From contig CASDPF010000007.1 of NCBI GenBank assembly GCA_949282215.1, positions 13,506 to 77,505 of the forward strand: a stretch of DNA of 64,000 nt. The letters are read 5' to 3'. Below the pieces are notes generated by a model. It did no database searches. It worked only from the letters and a program-made list of their open reading frames with translations, and had not been told where the DNA came from. A program made the position numbers and the translations under genes. Origin of the DNA: an uncultured bacterium (GTDB lineage Bacteria; Cyanobacteriota; Vampirovibrionia; Gastranaerophilales; Gastranaerophilaceae). Shown here one piece after another: positions 36,874 to 47,281 of the stretch; position 1 is the stretch's first letter; the number at the start of each line of letters is the position of its first letter.

Positions 36874-38403
36874 ATGAAAATTGCACAAATTCAAAACTAC
36901 AACATTACCTATCAAAGAAATCTACAATCAAATAAGATAAAGAATAATATACCTGTGGTCAACCATTCCTACACTCAAAATCCACAAATGAGTTTATTAG
37001 ACACAAATTATAATCGGTTAATGATAAAAAAGAATACACCGACTTTTACAGGAGAAATAGAAAGAGCAGTATCTATACTTTCTAAACAAATTCCACTTGA
37101 AGAAAGAATTGCCGATGCTTTTAATTTTTTAAAACACGGAGACCTGATTATTACAGGGAAGTCAATAAAAGAAGCACAAGGCGGACTGCTTAACTCAATA
37201 GATAAACTTAAAAAAAACGTAATAAAAAGAATATTTTTTATAGAAGATGATAATATTAAAGGTACTCTAGCATTTCGAAAAGATGCACTAGGTGATACAG
37301 AAGTTATCAATCCGAACAACAAATCAATATTCATAACAACTGATGGTAAAGAATATGAAATTCCGAAAAACGGCTATAATTACATAATTCCCGGCGATAC
37401 TATCAGAATTGACGATTTTATTTTACCAATAAAAGATAAGCCAAAATGCGACCTTAGTATGCATAGATTTGCTTATGCAAAAGCTTTCAATTATGAAAAA
37501 GAAGCTGAAGCTGTAATTGGTAAAGAAAATAAAAAAATCCTAAGTACACTTTATTCAGAGAAAAAGCCGGTTAAGAAAACTATGTTTAGTGATGTTATAG
37601 GCCAGGATGATGTAATCAGAGAACTTAAAGAAAATATTCTCTACCCGTTAAGAAAACCAAGAGCCTATGAAAACCTTGATTTGCACCGCGGATTTATTTT
37701 AAAAGGAGGTCCGGGTCTTGGAAAAACTCATACAGCTCAAGCATTGATTAATGAAGCAGGTTTAAATTACAAATTCCTTAACGGACTTGAATTAGAGAAC
37801 AAATACATCGGAGAATCAGAAGCTGCTTGGAGAGCATTGTTTGATGAAGCAATAGAAAACCAGCCTTATTTATTATTTATTGATGAATTTGATGCTGTAG
37901 GCAGAGCTCGTGGCGGAATTGATGAATATGGCGATAAAGTTGTTGATCAAATTTTGACCTGTATGACAGATATTGATGCAAATAAACACGATGTATTTGT
38001 AATGGCTGCAACAAACTTCTTTGACAGACTGGATAAAGCACTGATTAGATCTGGAAGATTTGGAAAAATTCTTGATTTCAAGCAGCCGGATTTAGATGCG
38101 ACAAAAAAATTACTTGATAATTATACGAAAGGTAAACCGATAAGTGAAAATTTATCAAAAGATCAAATTGCTAAGAAAATGCATCAACTTCAATGTACAG
38201 GAGCTGATGTAAGAAGACTTGTAACAGATGCCTACCTGAGCGGTTACAAAAGAGCAGGAATTACAGAAAAACTCGATAAAGATATTCTTACAGATGCGGA
38301 TTTAGATGAATTTAAAATTCTTGATATAGATTTTGAAAATGCCATAAATAAATTTGCGGAAGGTAAAAAATCTGACAGAAAAGCCGTCGGATTTAACAAA
38401 TAA
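36874..38403 (+). CDS. AAA+ ATPase (classic FtsH/Cdc48-type AAA module) with ~260-aa unknown N-terminal region
   Basis: Walker A GGPGLGKT, Walker B LLFIDEFD, SRH ATNFFDRLDKALIRSGRF. Start at ATG 36874, after AAAGGAG. Confidence 0.8.
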   Translation: MKIAQIQNYNITYQRNLQSNKIKNNIPVVNHSYTQNPQMSLLDTNYNRLMIKKNTPTFTGEIERAVSILSKQIPLEERIADAFNFLKHGDLIITGKSIKEAQGGLLNSIDKLKKNVIKRIFFIEDDNIKGTLAFRKDALGDTEVINPNNKSIFITTDGKEYEIPKNGYNYIIPGDTIRIDDFILPIKDKPKCDLSMHRFAYAKAFNYEKEAEAVIGKENKKILSTLYSEKKPVKKTMFSDVIGQDDVIRELKENILYPLRKPRAYENLDLHRGFILKGGPGLGKTHTAQALINEAGLNYKFLNGLELENKYIGESEAAWRALFDEAIENQPYLLFIDEFDAVGRARGGIDEYGDKVVDQILTCMTDIDANKHDVFVMAATNFFDRLDKALIRSGRFGKILDFKQPDLDATKKLLDNYTKGKPISENLSKDQIAKKMHQLQCTGADVRRLVTDAYLSGYKRAGITEKLDKDILTDADLDEFKILDIDFENAINKFAEGKKSDRKAVGFNK

Positions 38404-38441
38404 ATAAAGAGAACTCCCTTTTCTTATTCTTATACTAACAA

Positions 38442-38474
38442 AAAACTCTCGGATTATTTTTATTCGAGAGTTTT
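38442..38474 (+). terminator. intrinsic terminator
   Basis: AAAACTCTCG-N13-CGAGAGTTTT. Confidence 0.65.
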
Positions 38475-38523
38475 ACTATGAAAAAAACTTGTGTAAAATA
38501 TAATTAAGGAAAGTAATAAAGAA

Positions 38524-39486
38524 ATGGGAAAAGAATACAGACTGGAACATTTATACTCTAACTTGGCACTAGTTCTCACTGCATTTATACTGGGATTATC
38601 CTTTGTTGCTCAAAAAGCTGGAATGGATTTTGTAGGGCCTTTTACATTTAATACGATAAGAAATTTTTTAGGTGCAATAAGTCTTTTACCAATTATCTTT
38701 ATTGCAAAAATTTATTCCTCAAAGAAATATACAAGGTCAAAAGAAGAAATAAAAATTCAGCGGAAACTGCTTACAAAAGGCGGAATTATCTGCGGACTAT
38801 TATTTTTTATTGCACTTTCAATAAATCAATACTGTATGATGTATGCACCAGCAGGGAAAGCAGGATTTATTACAGCTTTATATATTATATTTGTACCGCT
38901 TATTTCTGTTGTTTTTCTAAAAAGAAAACTTAAAAATAACGTAAAAATAAGTATAATACTTGCGGTAATAGGACTTTACCTGCTTTGCGTAAAAGAAAAT
39001 TCAGCTTTCCATCCAAGTGAAATCGGCTTATTAATAAGCTCCGTCTTTTTTGCATTACATCTGCTTGCAGTTGCACATTATTCTCATAAAATAAGTTCTA
39101 TTAAACTTGCTTGCGTTCAATTTTTAACAACAGGAATTCTCTCTGCGATTATAATGTTTATATTTGAACCTGTAGCAATTAGCGGTATAATTCTTGGCAT
39201 TAAACCGATTTTATTTTCCGGAGTAATCGTTACAGGAGTTGCTTATACTCTGCAAATTTTCGGACAAAAAAACACCCCGCCGGTTATTGCATCTTTAATA
39301 TTAAGCTTGGAATCAGTTTTCGCAGTATTAGGCGGTATGCTTATACTTGGAGAAACTTTAACTATTCAAGAAACACTCGGATGCATAATTATGATAAGCG
39401 GTATTCTTCTCTCACAATTGAGATTTAATCCAAGAGCGATGAAAAGATTAAAAAGAATTCATAAAAATTTTTCAATTAACTCTTGA
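38524..39486 (+). CDS. EamA/DMT-family transporter
   Basis: 10-TM protein with two EamA-like halves. 320 aa. Confidence 0.7.
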   Translation: MGKEYRLEHLYSNLALVLTAFILGLSFVAQKAGMDFVGPFTFNTIRNFLGAISLLPIIFIAKIYSSKKYTRSKEEIKIQRKLLTKGGIICGLLFFIALSINQYCMMYAPAGKAGFITALYIIFVPLISVVFLKRKLKNNVKISIILAVIGLYLLCVKENSAFHPSEIGLLISSVFFALHLLAVAHYSHKISSIKLACVQFLTTGILSAIIMFIFEPVAISGIILGIKPILFSGVIVTGVAYTLQIFGQKNTPPVIASLILSLESVFAVLGGMLILGETLTIQETLGCIIMISGILLSQLRFNPRAMKRLKRIHKNFSINS

Positions 39487-39544
39487 CTGATAGCAGCTCT
39501 CAAGTTTTACAATATATTTATAGTATGAAAGGAGATATTAAGTC

Positions 39545-41296
39545 ATGATATTAGACAAAGTTGATACCCCAACAGATTTAAAAAAACTGACAATTCCTGA
39601 AATGGAAACTCTTGCTAATGAAATGAGAGAGCTTATTATAAAAAAAGTAAACACAACAGGCGGACATATGGGGCCAAATCTTGGTATAGTTGAAGCAACA
39701 ATTGCTCTTCACTATGTTTTTAATTCACCTGAAGATAAAATCGTATTTGACGTATCACATCAATGCTATCCGCATAAAATACTGACAGGTAGAAAAGAAG
39801 GTTTTACAAACCCTGAATTATACAATAAATACACAGGTTACACAGCCCCTGAAGAAAGTGCCCACGATATTTTCAAAGTAGGACATACATCAACCTCAGT
39901 AAGCTTGGCAGTAGGACTTGCAAAAGCAAGAGATCTTAAAGGCGGAAAAGAAAATATTATAGCTCTAATCGGAGATGGCTCCCTAAGCGGCGGAGAAGCT
40001 CTTGAAGGCATAGATAATGCTGCAGTTCTTGGAAGTAACATTATCATAATTGTAAACGACAACGATATGTCTATAGCTGAAAACCATGGCGGATTATACA
40101 AAAATCTTCAAGACTTAAAAGAATCTGACGGGAAATGTGAATGCAATTTCTTTAAAACATTGGGGTTCAATTACTATTATGTTGGAGAAGGAAATAATAT
40201 TGAAAAACTAATTGAAACATTTAAAAAAGTAAAAGATACAAATCATCCGGTTGTAATACATATTCACACATTAAAGGGTAAAGGGCTTGCCATAGCGGAA
40301 GAAAATAAAGAAGCTTTCCACTGGATTTTACCTGGGACACTTGATAAAAATGATAAAACAACACAATCTGTAACAGAAGATTACTGCTCTATAACTACAG
40401 ATTATATTCTTAAAAAAGCAGAAAAAGATCCGAGTATAATCGCAATATCCCCGGCGACCCCTGGAGCTTACGGATTCACACAGGAATTCAGAAAAAAGCT
40501 AGGCAGACAATATCTTGATGTAGGGATTGCAGAAGAACATGCAATTGCTGCAGCTTCTGCAATGTCAAAATACGGTGCAAAACCGATACTCGCAATTTTA
40601 AGTTCATTCGTGCAACGAACATACGATCAATTATCACAGGATTTATGTTTAAACAATTCTCCTGCAACAATACTTGTTCACTGGGGGACAATATCGAATG
40701 CCGATGCAACCCATTTAGGCTCATTTGATATTCCGCTAATATCAAATATTCCAAACATGATTTATCTTGCACCAACCTGCAAAGAAGAATACTTAAAAAT
40801 GCTCGACTGGTCTGTAGAACAAAAAGATTATCCTGTCGCTATAAGAGTACCGTTTGGAAATTTAATCTCCTCCGGCGAAGAAGATTTAACTGATTACTCT
40901 AAGATTAATAAATTCAAAATTGAAGAAAAAGGTTCTGAAGTTGCAATCTTAGGGCTTGGAAACTTCTTCCGTCTGGGAAAACAAGTTAAAGAAGAATTGA
41001 AAAAAGAACTAAATATTAATGCGACATTAATTAATCCGAAATTCATTACAGGCATTGATGAACAATTACTTGATGAATTAAAAGCAAACCATAAAGTAGT
41101 GATAACTCTTGAAGACGGTATTTTAAACGGCGGATTTGGCGAAAAAATTTCAAGATTTTACGGAAATTCTGATATGAAAGTTCTAAACTTTGGCGGATGT
41201 AAAGAGTTTACGGACAGAACTCCATTAGAAGTCTTATACCAAAGATATCACTTGACAAAAGAACTGATTGTTCAAGACATCAAAAACATACTATAA
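39545..41296 (+). CDS. dxs: 1-deoxy-D-xylulose-5-phosphate synthase-like transketolase-family enzyme
   Basis: GGHMGPNLGIVE..DVSHQCYPHKILTGR..GDGSLSGGEA..GIAEEHA follow Dxs blocks. At 583 aa it is somewhat short for Dxs. Confidence 0.7.
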   Translation: MILDKVDTPTDLKKLTIPEMETLANEMRELIIKKVNTTGGHMGPNLGIVEATIALHYVFNSPEDKIVFDVSHQCYPHKILTGRKEGFTNPELYNKYTGYTAPEESAHDIFKVGHTSTSVSLAVGLAKARDLKGGKENIIALIGDGSLSGGEALEGIDNAAVLGSNIIIIVNDNDMSIAENHGGLYKNLQDLKESDGKCECNFFKTLGFNYYYVGEGNNIEKLIETFKKVKDTNHPVVIHIHTLKGKGLAIAEENKEAFHWILPGTLDKNDKTTQSVTEDYCSITTDYILKKAEKDPSIIAISPATPGAYGFTQEFRKKLGRQYLDVGIAEEHAIAAASAMSKYGAKPILAILSSFVQRTYDQLSQDLCLNNSPATILVHWGTISNADATHLGSFDIPLISNIPNMIYLAPTCKEEYLKMLDWSVEQKDYPVAIRVPFGNLISSGEEDLTDYSKINKFKIEEKGSEVAILGLGNFFRLGKQVKEELKKELNINATLINPKFITGIDEQLLDELKANHKVVITLEDGILNGGFGEKISRFYGNSDMKVLNFGGCKEFTDRTPLEVLYQRYHLTKELIVQDIKNIL

Positions 41297-41307
41297 AACG
41301 ACTAAAC

Positions 41308-41340
41308 AAAAGCCCGATAATATAAATTATCGGGCTTTTT
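41308..41340. terminator. bidirectional intrinsic terminator
   Basis: AAAAGCCCGATAAT-ataa-ATTATCGGGCTTTT. Confidence 0.8.
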
Positions 41341-41343
41341 AAA

Positions 41344-41757
41344 TTATGCAATACTTTCTTTTTCAATTTTATTCATCGGATTCCATTCATCAGCTAGATT
41401 ATTTTTTATCAGATTTTTATAATAATTCTCTTTATAATCCAGCAATTCCATCTGACGTTTCAAATCCTCCATCTGCTGATGTGCTTTAGCTTTTGTATCC
41501 TGAATAATCTTATAACGCTCTGTAATGGTCGAATCCCCGATTAAACATAAATCAATATATCTTTTAATAGCTTTATTTTCAGTACCTGTCAATCTGAGAC
41601 ACTTTACTATTTTTACCCAATCCAAATCACTTTCTGAAAACAATCTGACATTATTTTCATTTCTTTTTATAAAAGGAAACAGTCCGCTTTTAGCCCAAAA
41701 ACGGAGAGTATGTTCAGATACATTCATTTTTTCTGCAACTTCTTTAATCGTATACAT
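41344..41757 (-). CDS. MerR-family transcriptional regulator
   Basis: MYTIKEVAEKMNVSEHTLRFWAKSGL is a MerR HTH. A coiled-coil dimerisation helix follows. Confidence 0.8.
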   Translation of the reverse strand: MYTIKEVAEKMNVSEHTLRFWAKSGLFPFIKRNENNVRLFSESDLDWVKIVKCLRLTGTENKAIKRYIDLCLIGDSTITERYKIIQDTKAKAHQQMEDLKRQMELLDYKENYYKNLIKNNLADEWNPMNKIEKESIA

Positions 41758-41807
41758 TCAAAAACCTCCTGTCATAATCTTATCATAACTCAGAAAACAA
41801 AAGATAT

Positions 41808-42833
41808 CTATGCATTTTGAGATTTAGAATTTTTCTCGACATATTTATCAATTTTTTCAGCAATATAAGTTGAAAACATAGGCAAAATTCCATAGTAAAT
41901 ACCAGCAAAAATAAGTGCAGGACGAATTATATTAATACCTTCGATATATTTATGTAATTTAGGATCATGCCTGTTCAATTCTGAAAATGTTTCAATAAAT
42001 TTCCCTGATTTATTTTTAACAAAGCTGTTAATACCATAACCAAACCCGAGAGTAATCGCAGTAGATACAAGATTATTATATATTAAAGCTTTTTTACGAT
42101 TTTCTTTAATTTTAGAGCTTTTATGAGTTTGATAGGCAGATGTTGCCGTCAAAAGGATATCTGTAGCAGCTGTCATATTGATAGCAATATCTTTCTCCTG
42201 TTTTGCATGTTGCACCATAAATTTTTGGAAGTTTTCGTTATCAAACAATTTTCCTATACCTTTTGATAAACTTTCAGTTAAACCTCCTGTAAAAGGTATT
42301 TTTTTACTATTAATAATTTGTATATTATCAGGATTACTCTTTACACTCACAGTTTCCGTATGCTTTTTGACATTAAAAAGTTTATCCATAATTACAGGAA
42401 TTAAAGCAATAGTAAGTACAGACTTCGGTATAGCCGTAATCAAACCTGTACCGAGTTTTATCATTTGGGTTGCGAGCTTATAACTTTTTGATTTGAGCAG
42501 TTCTTCTGAAGCTGCCTTCAAAGTCACAATCGTTTTAGGTTTCAGAAATTTATCAGGATTTTTATCAATGTTTTTTACGGCATTTTCTACAGGTAAAGCA
42601 ACAGCCTCTACCATTCCATACTTTATAAGTCCTGAGCAGATAGAATTTGCACAAGCATATTGTTTATTTTCTTTTTCAACATCAGGTGTCGAAAAAATGG
42701 CAAGCGGACGTAACGACAAAGACATTAAAAGCGATGTCCCCGCACAAAATGAAGTTCCGTGCTCTGATACCTTTTCAAGGCTTTTTAATAGCATTTTATT
42801 CGTTAAAATTCGGCTTATTTTTTGTACTTGCAT
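41808..42833 (-). CDS. membrane protein of unknown function, related to the RP-x5-DKK family
   Basis: SLRPLAIFSTPDVEKENKQYACANSICSG parallels the motif of 20252/20857. A second similar block lies near aa 230-260. Confidence 0.5.
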   Translation of the reverse strand: MQVQKISRILTNKMLLKSLEKVSEHGTSFCAGTSLLMSLSLRPLAIFSTPDVEKENKQYACANSICSGLIKYGMVEAVALPVENAVKNIDKNPDKFLKPKTIVTLKAASEELLKSKSYKLATQMIKLGTGLITAIPKSVLTIALIPVIMDKLFNVKKHTETVSVKSNPDNIQIINSKKIPFTGGLTESLSKGIGKLFDNENFQKFMVQHAKQEKDIAINMTAATDILLTATSAYQTHKSSKIKENRKKALIYNNLVSTAITLGFGYGINSFVKNKSGKFIETFSELNRHDPKLHKYIEGINIIRPALIFAGIYYGILPMFSTYIAEKIDKYVEKNSKSQNA

Positions 42834-42889
42834 TTATTTCCACCTGTTAATAGTAGACAACACACATAGAAAAAAGTAAAATAATTTTA

Positions 42890-43594
42890 ATGAATATATT
42901 AGAGTTTATTAAAAAAGAATTTCAAGGATTTGGAAAGTATGAAAGGATACTTTTTCCATTAGGGATTATACTTATAATATTATTGTCATTTCTTATCGGA
43001 GATAGCAAAATCGCACTTATCTCGGCAATATGCGGAATAAGTTATACAATACTTGCAGGAAAGGGTAAAATATCCTGCTACATTTTAGGTTTATGCGGGA
43101 CAATGTGCTATGCTTATTTAGCCTACAAAAACCATTTATACGGAAACTTATTTTTATATATGCTATATTATTTTCCAATGCAAATCGTCGGAATATTCAA
43201 ATGGAGACAACATTTAAAAAAAGAGGTACAAGAAATTATAAAAACGAAGCTTTCCCCAAAAGAAAAGCTCGCATTTTTCACGATATTACTTATAGGCTCA
43301 TTGGTTATTTCTTTAATACTGAAAAATCTTGGAGATGCAAGCCCTTTTATTGATGGAATAACAACATTTTTCTCAATCGGGGGGCTGCTGCTGACAATAA
43401 AAAGATGCATAGAACAATGGTATATCTGGACTATCGTAAACGGACTGTCTGTTATAATGTGGATTAGCGCATACATAAACGGCTCCAATTGTCTTGCTAC
43501 AGTAATTATGTGGAGCATATATTTTATACTCGGATTTTATTTTTTAAATAATTGGAAAAAAGAATTGGATTATAAAAAAGACTTTGGTATATAA
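42890..43594 (+). CDS. pnuC: nicotinamide riboside transporter PnuC
   Basis: 234 aa, 7-TM. The AGKGKISCYILGL..YAYLAYKNHLYG..WYIWTIVN pattern is typical of PnuC. Confidence 0.7.
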   Translation: MNILEFIKKEFQGFGKYERILFPLGIILIILLSFLIGDSKIALISAICGISYTILAGKGKISCYILGLCGTMCYAYLAYKNHLYGNLFLYMLYYFPMQIVGIFKWRQHLKKEVQEIIKTKLSPKEKLAFFTILLIGSLVISLILKNLGDASPFIDGITTFFSIGGLLLTIKRCIEQWYIWTIVNGLSVIMWISAYINGSNCLATVIMWSIYFILGFYFLNNWKKELDYKKDFGI

Positions 43595-43605
43595 TATTAA
43601 AAGTT

Positions 43606-44451
43606 ATGGCAAAAATTGATTTACACATACACAGCAACTATTCAGACGGAAGCGATACAATTCAAGAGCTTGCAGAAAATATAAAAACTTCAGGCCTTGA
43701 AGTTTTTGCACTGACAGATCATGATACTATTGACGGATGCAAAGAACTAGCAAAGCTAATCCCTGATAACATTAAATTTATTCATGGCGTAGAACTTACC
43801 TGCAAAGCTAGAGAATGCAAGTGCCATATTTTAGGATACAATTACAATGATAATTCATCAGAATTAAAAAAACTATTAGCTAAAGGGAAAAAACTTCGTT
43901 TGCACAAGCTTGAGACAAGAATTAATTATCTCAAAGAGAAATTTGGAATTATACTTTCTGAAAAAGAATTAAATTGGCTATATTCAAGAAAAAGCGTTGT
44001 AAAAATGCATATAGCAAATATACTTGTCGAAAGAGGACTTGCTGAAAATAATCTTGATGCAATGAGGAAATATCTTGACGGATGCAAAACAGGAAATTCA
44101 AGATTTGATGGAGATGAAGCAATAAATACCATAATAGCCTCAGGGGGAATTCCAATATGGGCACACCCTCTTGGCGGAGAAGGCGAAATACACCTAAAAG
44201 AAGATGGATTTATTCCTAAGTTAAAAACACTTATAGACTGTGGAATTCAAGGACTTGAGTGCTATTATTCAAGATATTCTGAAAATGAAATTAATTTTCT
44301 TGTAAATTGTGCTGACAAATATAACTTGTTTATTACAGGCGGAAGCGATTATCACGGAAATAATAAAAATATTCCACTCGGAACATTAAATTGTCAAAAT
44401 ATATATATTGATTCTTCAAAATTAAATTTAGGCACCAAATGTAAATTATAA
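43606..44451 (+). CDS. PHP-domain phosphoesterase (TrpH/YciV-like)
   Basis: IDLHIHSNYSDGS, LTDHDT and GGSDYHG are PHP metal-binding motifs. Confidence 0.8.
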   Translation: MAKIDLHIHSNYSDGSDTIQELAENIKTSGLEVFALTDHDTIDGCKELAKLIPDNIKFIHGVELTCKARECKCHILGYNYNDNSSELKKLLAKGKKLRLHKLETRINYLKEKFGIILSEKELNWLYSRKSVVKMHIANILVERGLAENNLDAMRKYLDGCKTGNSRFDGDEAINTIIASGGIPIWAHPLGGEGEIHLKEDGFIPKLKTLIDCGIQGLECYYSRYSENEINFLVNCADKYNLFITGGSDYHGNNKNIPLGTLNCQNIYIDSSKLNLGTKCKL

Positions 44452-44454
44452 AAA

Positions 44455-44970
44455 ATGCAAAATAAAATGGCTGAATGTAAAAGTTTTGATCCGATTATTA
44501 ATAAAAATTCAAAAACACTTATTCTGGGCTCAATGCCGGGAATAAAATCCTTGAATGCTCAAGAGTATTACGCTCATCCGCAAAATCGTTTTTGGAAAGT
44601 TATCGGAATAATTTTTAACGCAAAAGATTTAGATAAACAAAACTACAAAAACAAAACAGAAATTTTACTAAAAAATAATATAGCACTTTGGGACACTATA
44701 AAATTTTGCACAAGAGAAGGCAGTCTTGATTCTGCAATAGAAAATGAATATCCAAACGAAATTGATATACTACTAAATAATTATCCTAATATAAAAACAA
44801 TATGCTTAAACGGTAATAAAGCTTATAATTCACTAAAAAAATATTTTCCAAAACTTTTTACTACAGAAAAATATACAATAATAAAACTACCATCCACCAG
44901 CCCTGCTAACGCAAAATGGAGAATTGAAGATTTAGCTGCGGAATGGAAATTATACATTAATAAAAAATAA
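44455..44970 (+). CDS. DNA-deoxyinosine glycosylase (UDG family 6-like)
   Basis: LILGSMPGIKSLNAQEYYAHPQNRFW and LPSTSPAN match the hypoxanthine-DNA glycosylase family pattern. Confidence 0.65.
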   Translation: MQNKMAECKSFDPIINKNSKTLILGSMPGIKSLNAQEYYAHPQNRFWKVIGIIFNAKDLDKQNYKNKTEILLKNNIALWDTIKFCTREGSLDSAIENEYPNEIDILLNNYPNIKTICLNGNKAYNSLKKYFPKLFTTEKYTIIKLPSTSPANAKWRIEDLAAEWKLYINKK

Positions 44971-45026
44971 CTTATATTCAGACTTCTTATTCGGCTATTA
45001 TAAAATACTATAAATTATAAAATAAC

Positions 45027-45650
45027 TTAATTTATATATTTTAAACATACACTCAAATCTTTTTCATCAATTATAATATTTGCATGTTGTTTCAAAATAG
45101 GTTTAGCACAAAAAGCAATTCTTTTTTCTGCATATTTAAACATACTTAAATCATTAGCCCCATCACCCACCACAAGAGTATCAGCAGGCGAAACATCAAG
45201 TAAGTTTTGCAAACGGTACAACATTTGTCCTTTACTGTCATTAAACATCATTTCACCGCCGACAAGACCGGTCAAAATCCCGTCTTTTGAATGAAGTATA
45301 TTAGAAAATTCACAATCTAATCCGAGTTTTTCTTTAAAAGGTACAGTTGCATTTTTAAACCCGCCGGAAAAACATATTACTTTATATCCTAGACGCTTTA
45401 GTCCATTAACAGCCTCAATAGCACCATTCATAAGCGGAAGATTTTCACAAATTTTATTTACGGTATCGACCTTTAATCCCATTAGCAGTTGAACTCGTTT
45501 TTGAAGACTTTCAAAAAAATCTATCTCTCCGTACATAGCACTATCTGTAATCTTTTTAACTTCTTTTTCTATACCGATTTCTTTTGCGAGGAACTCTAGA
45601 GTTTCTCCGTCCATCAAAGTCGAATCAAAATCAAAAACAGCTAATTTCAC
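45027..45650 (-). CDS. serB: phosphoserine phosphatase (HAD)
   Basis: FDFDSTL..GDGANDL. Operon with serA and a serC-like gene. Confidence 0.8.
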   Translation of the reverse strand: MKLAVFDFDSTLMDGETLEFLAKEIGIEKEVKKITDSAMYGEIDFFESLQKRVQLLMGLKVDTVNKICENLPLMNGAIEAVNGLKRLGYKVICFSGGFKNATVPFKEKLGLDCEFSNILHSKDGILTGLVGGEMMFNDSKGQMLYRLQNLLDVSPADTLVVGDGANDLSMFKYAEKRIAFCAKPILKQHANIIIDEKDLSVCLKYIN

Positions 45651-45663
45651 TTAACATTCCTTC

Positions 45664-47259
45664 CTATTGAGCACTTAAATTAATATATTTAGGATTATGG
45701 ACCCCGTTTATTTTTTCAATATCAGAAAGAACATTTTCTCCTACCCCTGAATCAATATTAATAACCATGATTGATTCCGTTTCATGTTTGTCATTTTTTT
45801 GGACTACATTCATAGAACCAATGTTAATATTATTATCCCCGATAACCTGAGCAACTTTAGCAATCATTGCAGGCTGATTAATGTGAGGCACAATAAGCAT
45901 ATGTTTTTGAGGTCTTATACTTGTTTCATAATCGTTAATTTTAACAATTCTTGGAATATCTTTAGCAATAAGAGCTCCAGCTACAATATTTATTCCTTTA
46001 TCAGTTATTAATTTAATTGTAAGAAGTCCCGCAAAATTACATTTAACTTTTGAACGTGATGATATAATATCAATGCCTCTTTTCTTCGCAAGAACAGGAG
46101 CATTAACATAGTTAACTCCTTCAAGCATTGATGAAAGAGCCCCTTTTAATACTGCGACTTCAAGCGGTTGAATATCTAATTCAGCCAAATCACCTTGTGC
46201 AGTGATTTCAATAGATTTAATCATTCCTTCAGAAATCTGCATAGCAAGCTCACCTGAATTTTCAGCAATATTCATGTAATCTTTGACAGGCTCAAGCTTA
46301 TCAGGTCTTAGGGATGGAATATTCACAGCAGAAGATGCAGAACCTCCTGTTAAAACTTCCTTAATTTGTTCTGCGACATCAACTGCAACATTAAATTGAG
46401 CCTCCTGAGTACTAGCTCCTAAATGAGGAGTTAAGACAATATTTCCCTGACAATTAATTAGAGGGCATTCTTTTATATTCGGTTCATTTTCATAAACATC
46501 AATTGCAGCACTTGCAACGTAACCGGAATCTAATGCTTCTTTTAAATCCTGTTCATTAATAATTCCGCCTCTTGCACAATTAACAAGTCTTACACCCTTT
46601 TTCATTTTTGCAATAGTTGATTTATTAATGAGATTTATAGTTTCTTTTGTTTTAGGAACATGAACAGTTATAAAGTCACATTTGCTCCAAAAATCATCTA
46701 AAGTTTGTGCATATTCACCGCCCATTTTTTTAACAACATCTTTAGACGTATATGGATCATAGACAACGAGCTTCATTCCTAATGCTAAAGCTACTTCAGC
46801 AACATGAGAACCGATTTTACCGAGTCCTATGATACCGAGAGTTTTATTATATAACTCACAGCCGGTAAATTTGGCTCTATCCCAATTGCCTTCTTTCGTA
46901 GAAGTCGCAGCAGGAGCGATATTTCTAGCCATTGCAAGCATAAGAGCTATTGTATGCTCAGCAGCAGCCATAGTATTTCCGTCAGGAGAATTGACAACAA
47001 TAATCCCTTTTTGAGTTGCAGCATCGACATCAATATTATCAACTCCAACACCTGCTCTGCCGATTATTTTTAAACTTTTACCTGCTTCAATAATTTTCGC
47101 AGTTACCTTAGTTTGACTACGTATCATTAATGCATCATATTGCGGTATTACTTTTATTAATTCTTCTTCACTCATTGTAGGAAGAAAATCAACATCCGCA
47201 GCAGTTTCAATTATTTTACCTGCTGATTCGTTTATTTTATCTGTTACTAAAACTTTCAT
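45664..47259 (-). CDS. serA: D-3-phosphoglycerate dehydrogenase (long form with ASB/ACT domains)
   Basis: GLGKIGSHVA Rossmann motif, 2-hydroxyacid dehydrogenase motifs, 531 aa. Confidence 0.9.
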   Translation of the reverse strand: MKVLVTDKINESAGKIIETAADVDFLPTMSEEELIKVIPQYDALMIRSQTKVTAKIIEAGKSLKIIGRAGVGVDNIDVDAATQKGIIVVNSPDGNTMAAAEHTIALMLAMARNIAPAATSTKEGNWDRAKFTGCELYNKTLGIIGLGKIGSHVAEVALALGMKLVVYDPYTSKDVVKKMGGEYAQTLDDFWSKCDFITVHVPKTKETINLINKSTIAKMKKGVRLVNCARGGIINEQDLKEALDSGYVASAAIDVYENEPNIKECPLINCQGNIVLTPHLGASTQEAQFNVAVDVAEQIKEVLTGGSASSAVNIPSLRPDKLEPVKDYMNIAENSGELAMQISEGMIKSIEITAQGDLAELDIQPLEVAVLKGALSSMLEGVNYVNAPVLAKKRGIDIISSRSKVKCNFAGLLTIKLITDKGINIVAGALIAKDIPRIVKINDYETSIRPQKHMLIVPHINQPAMIAKVAQVIGDNNINIGSMNVVQKNDKHETESIMVINIDSGVGENVLSDIEKINGVHNPKYINLSAQ

Positions 47260-47281
47260 TAACTAAATATTCCTTTACTTT

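Noticed and set aside
42834-42889. NAD+-II (pnuC motif) riboswitch upstream of pnuC
   Set aside because: The intergenic space is only 56 nt, and a -10-like TAAAAT sits 7 nt before the ATG. That leaves no room for the pseudoknotted motif.
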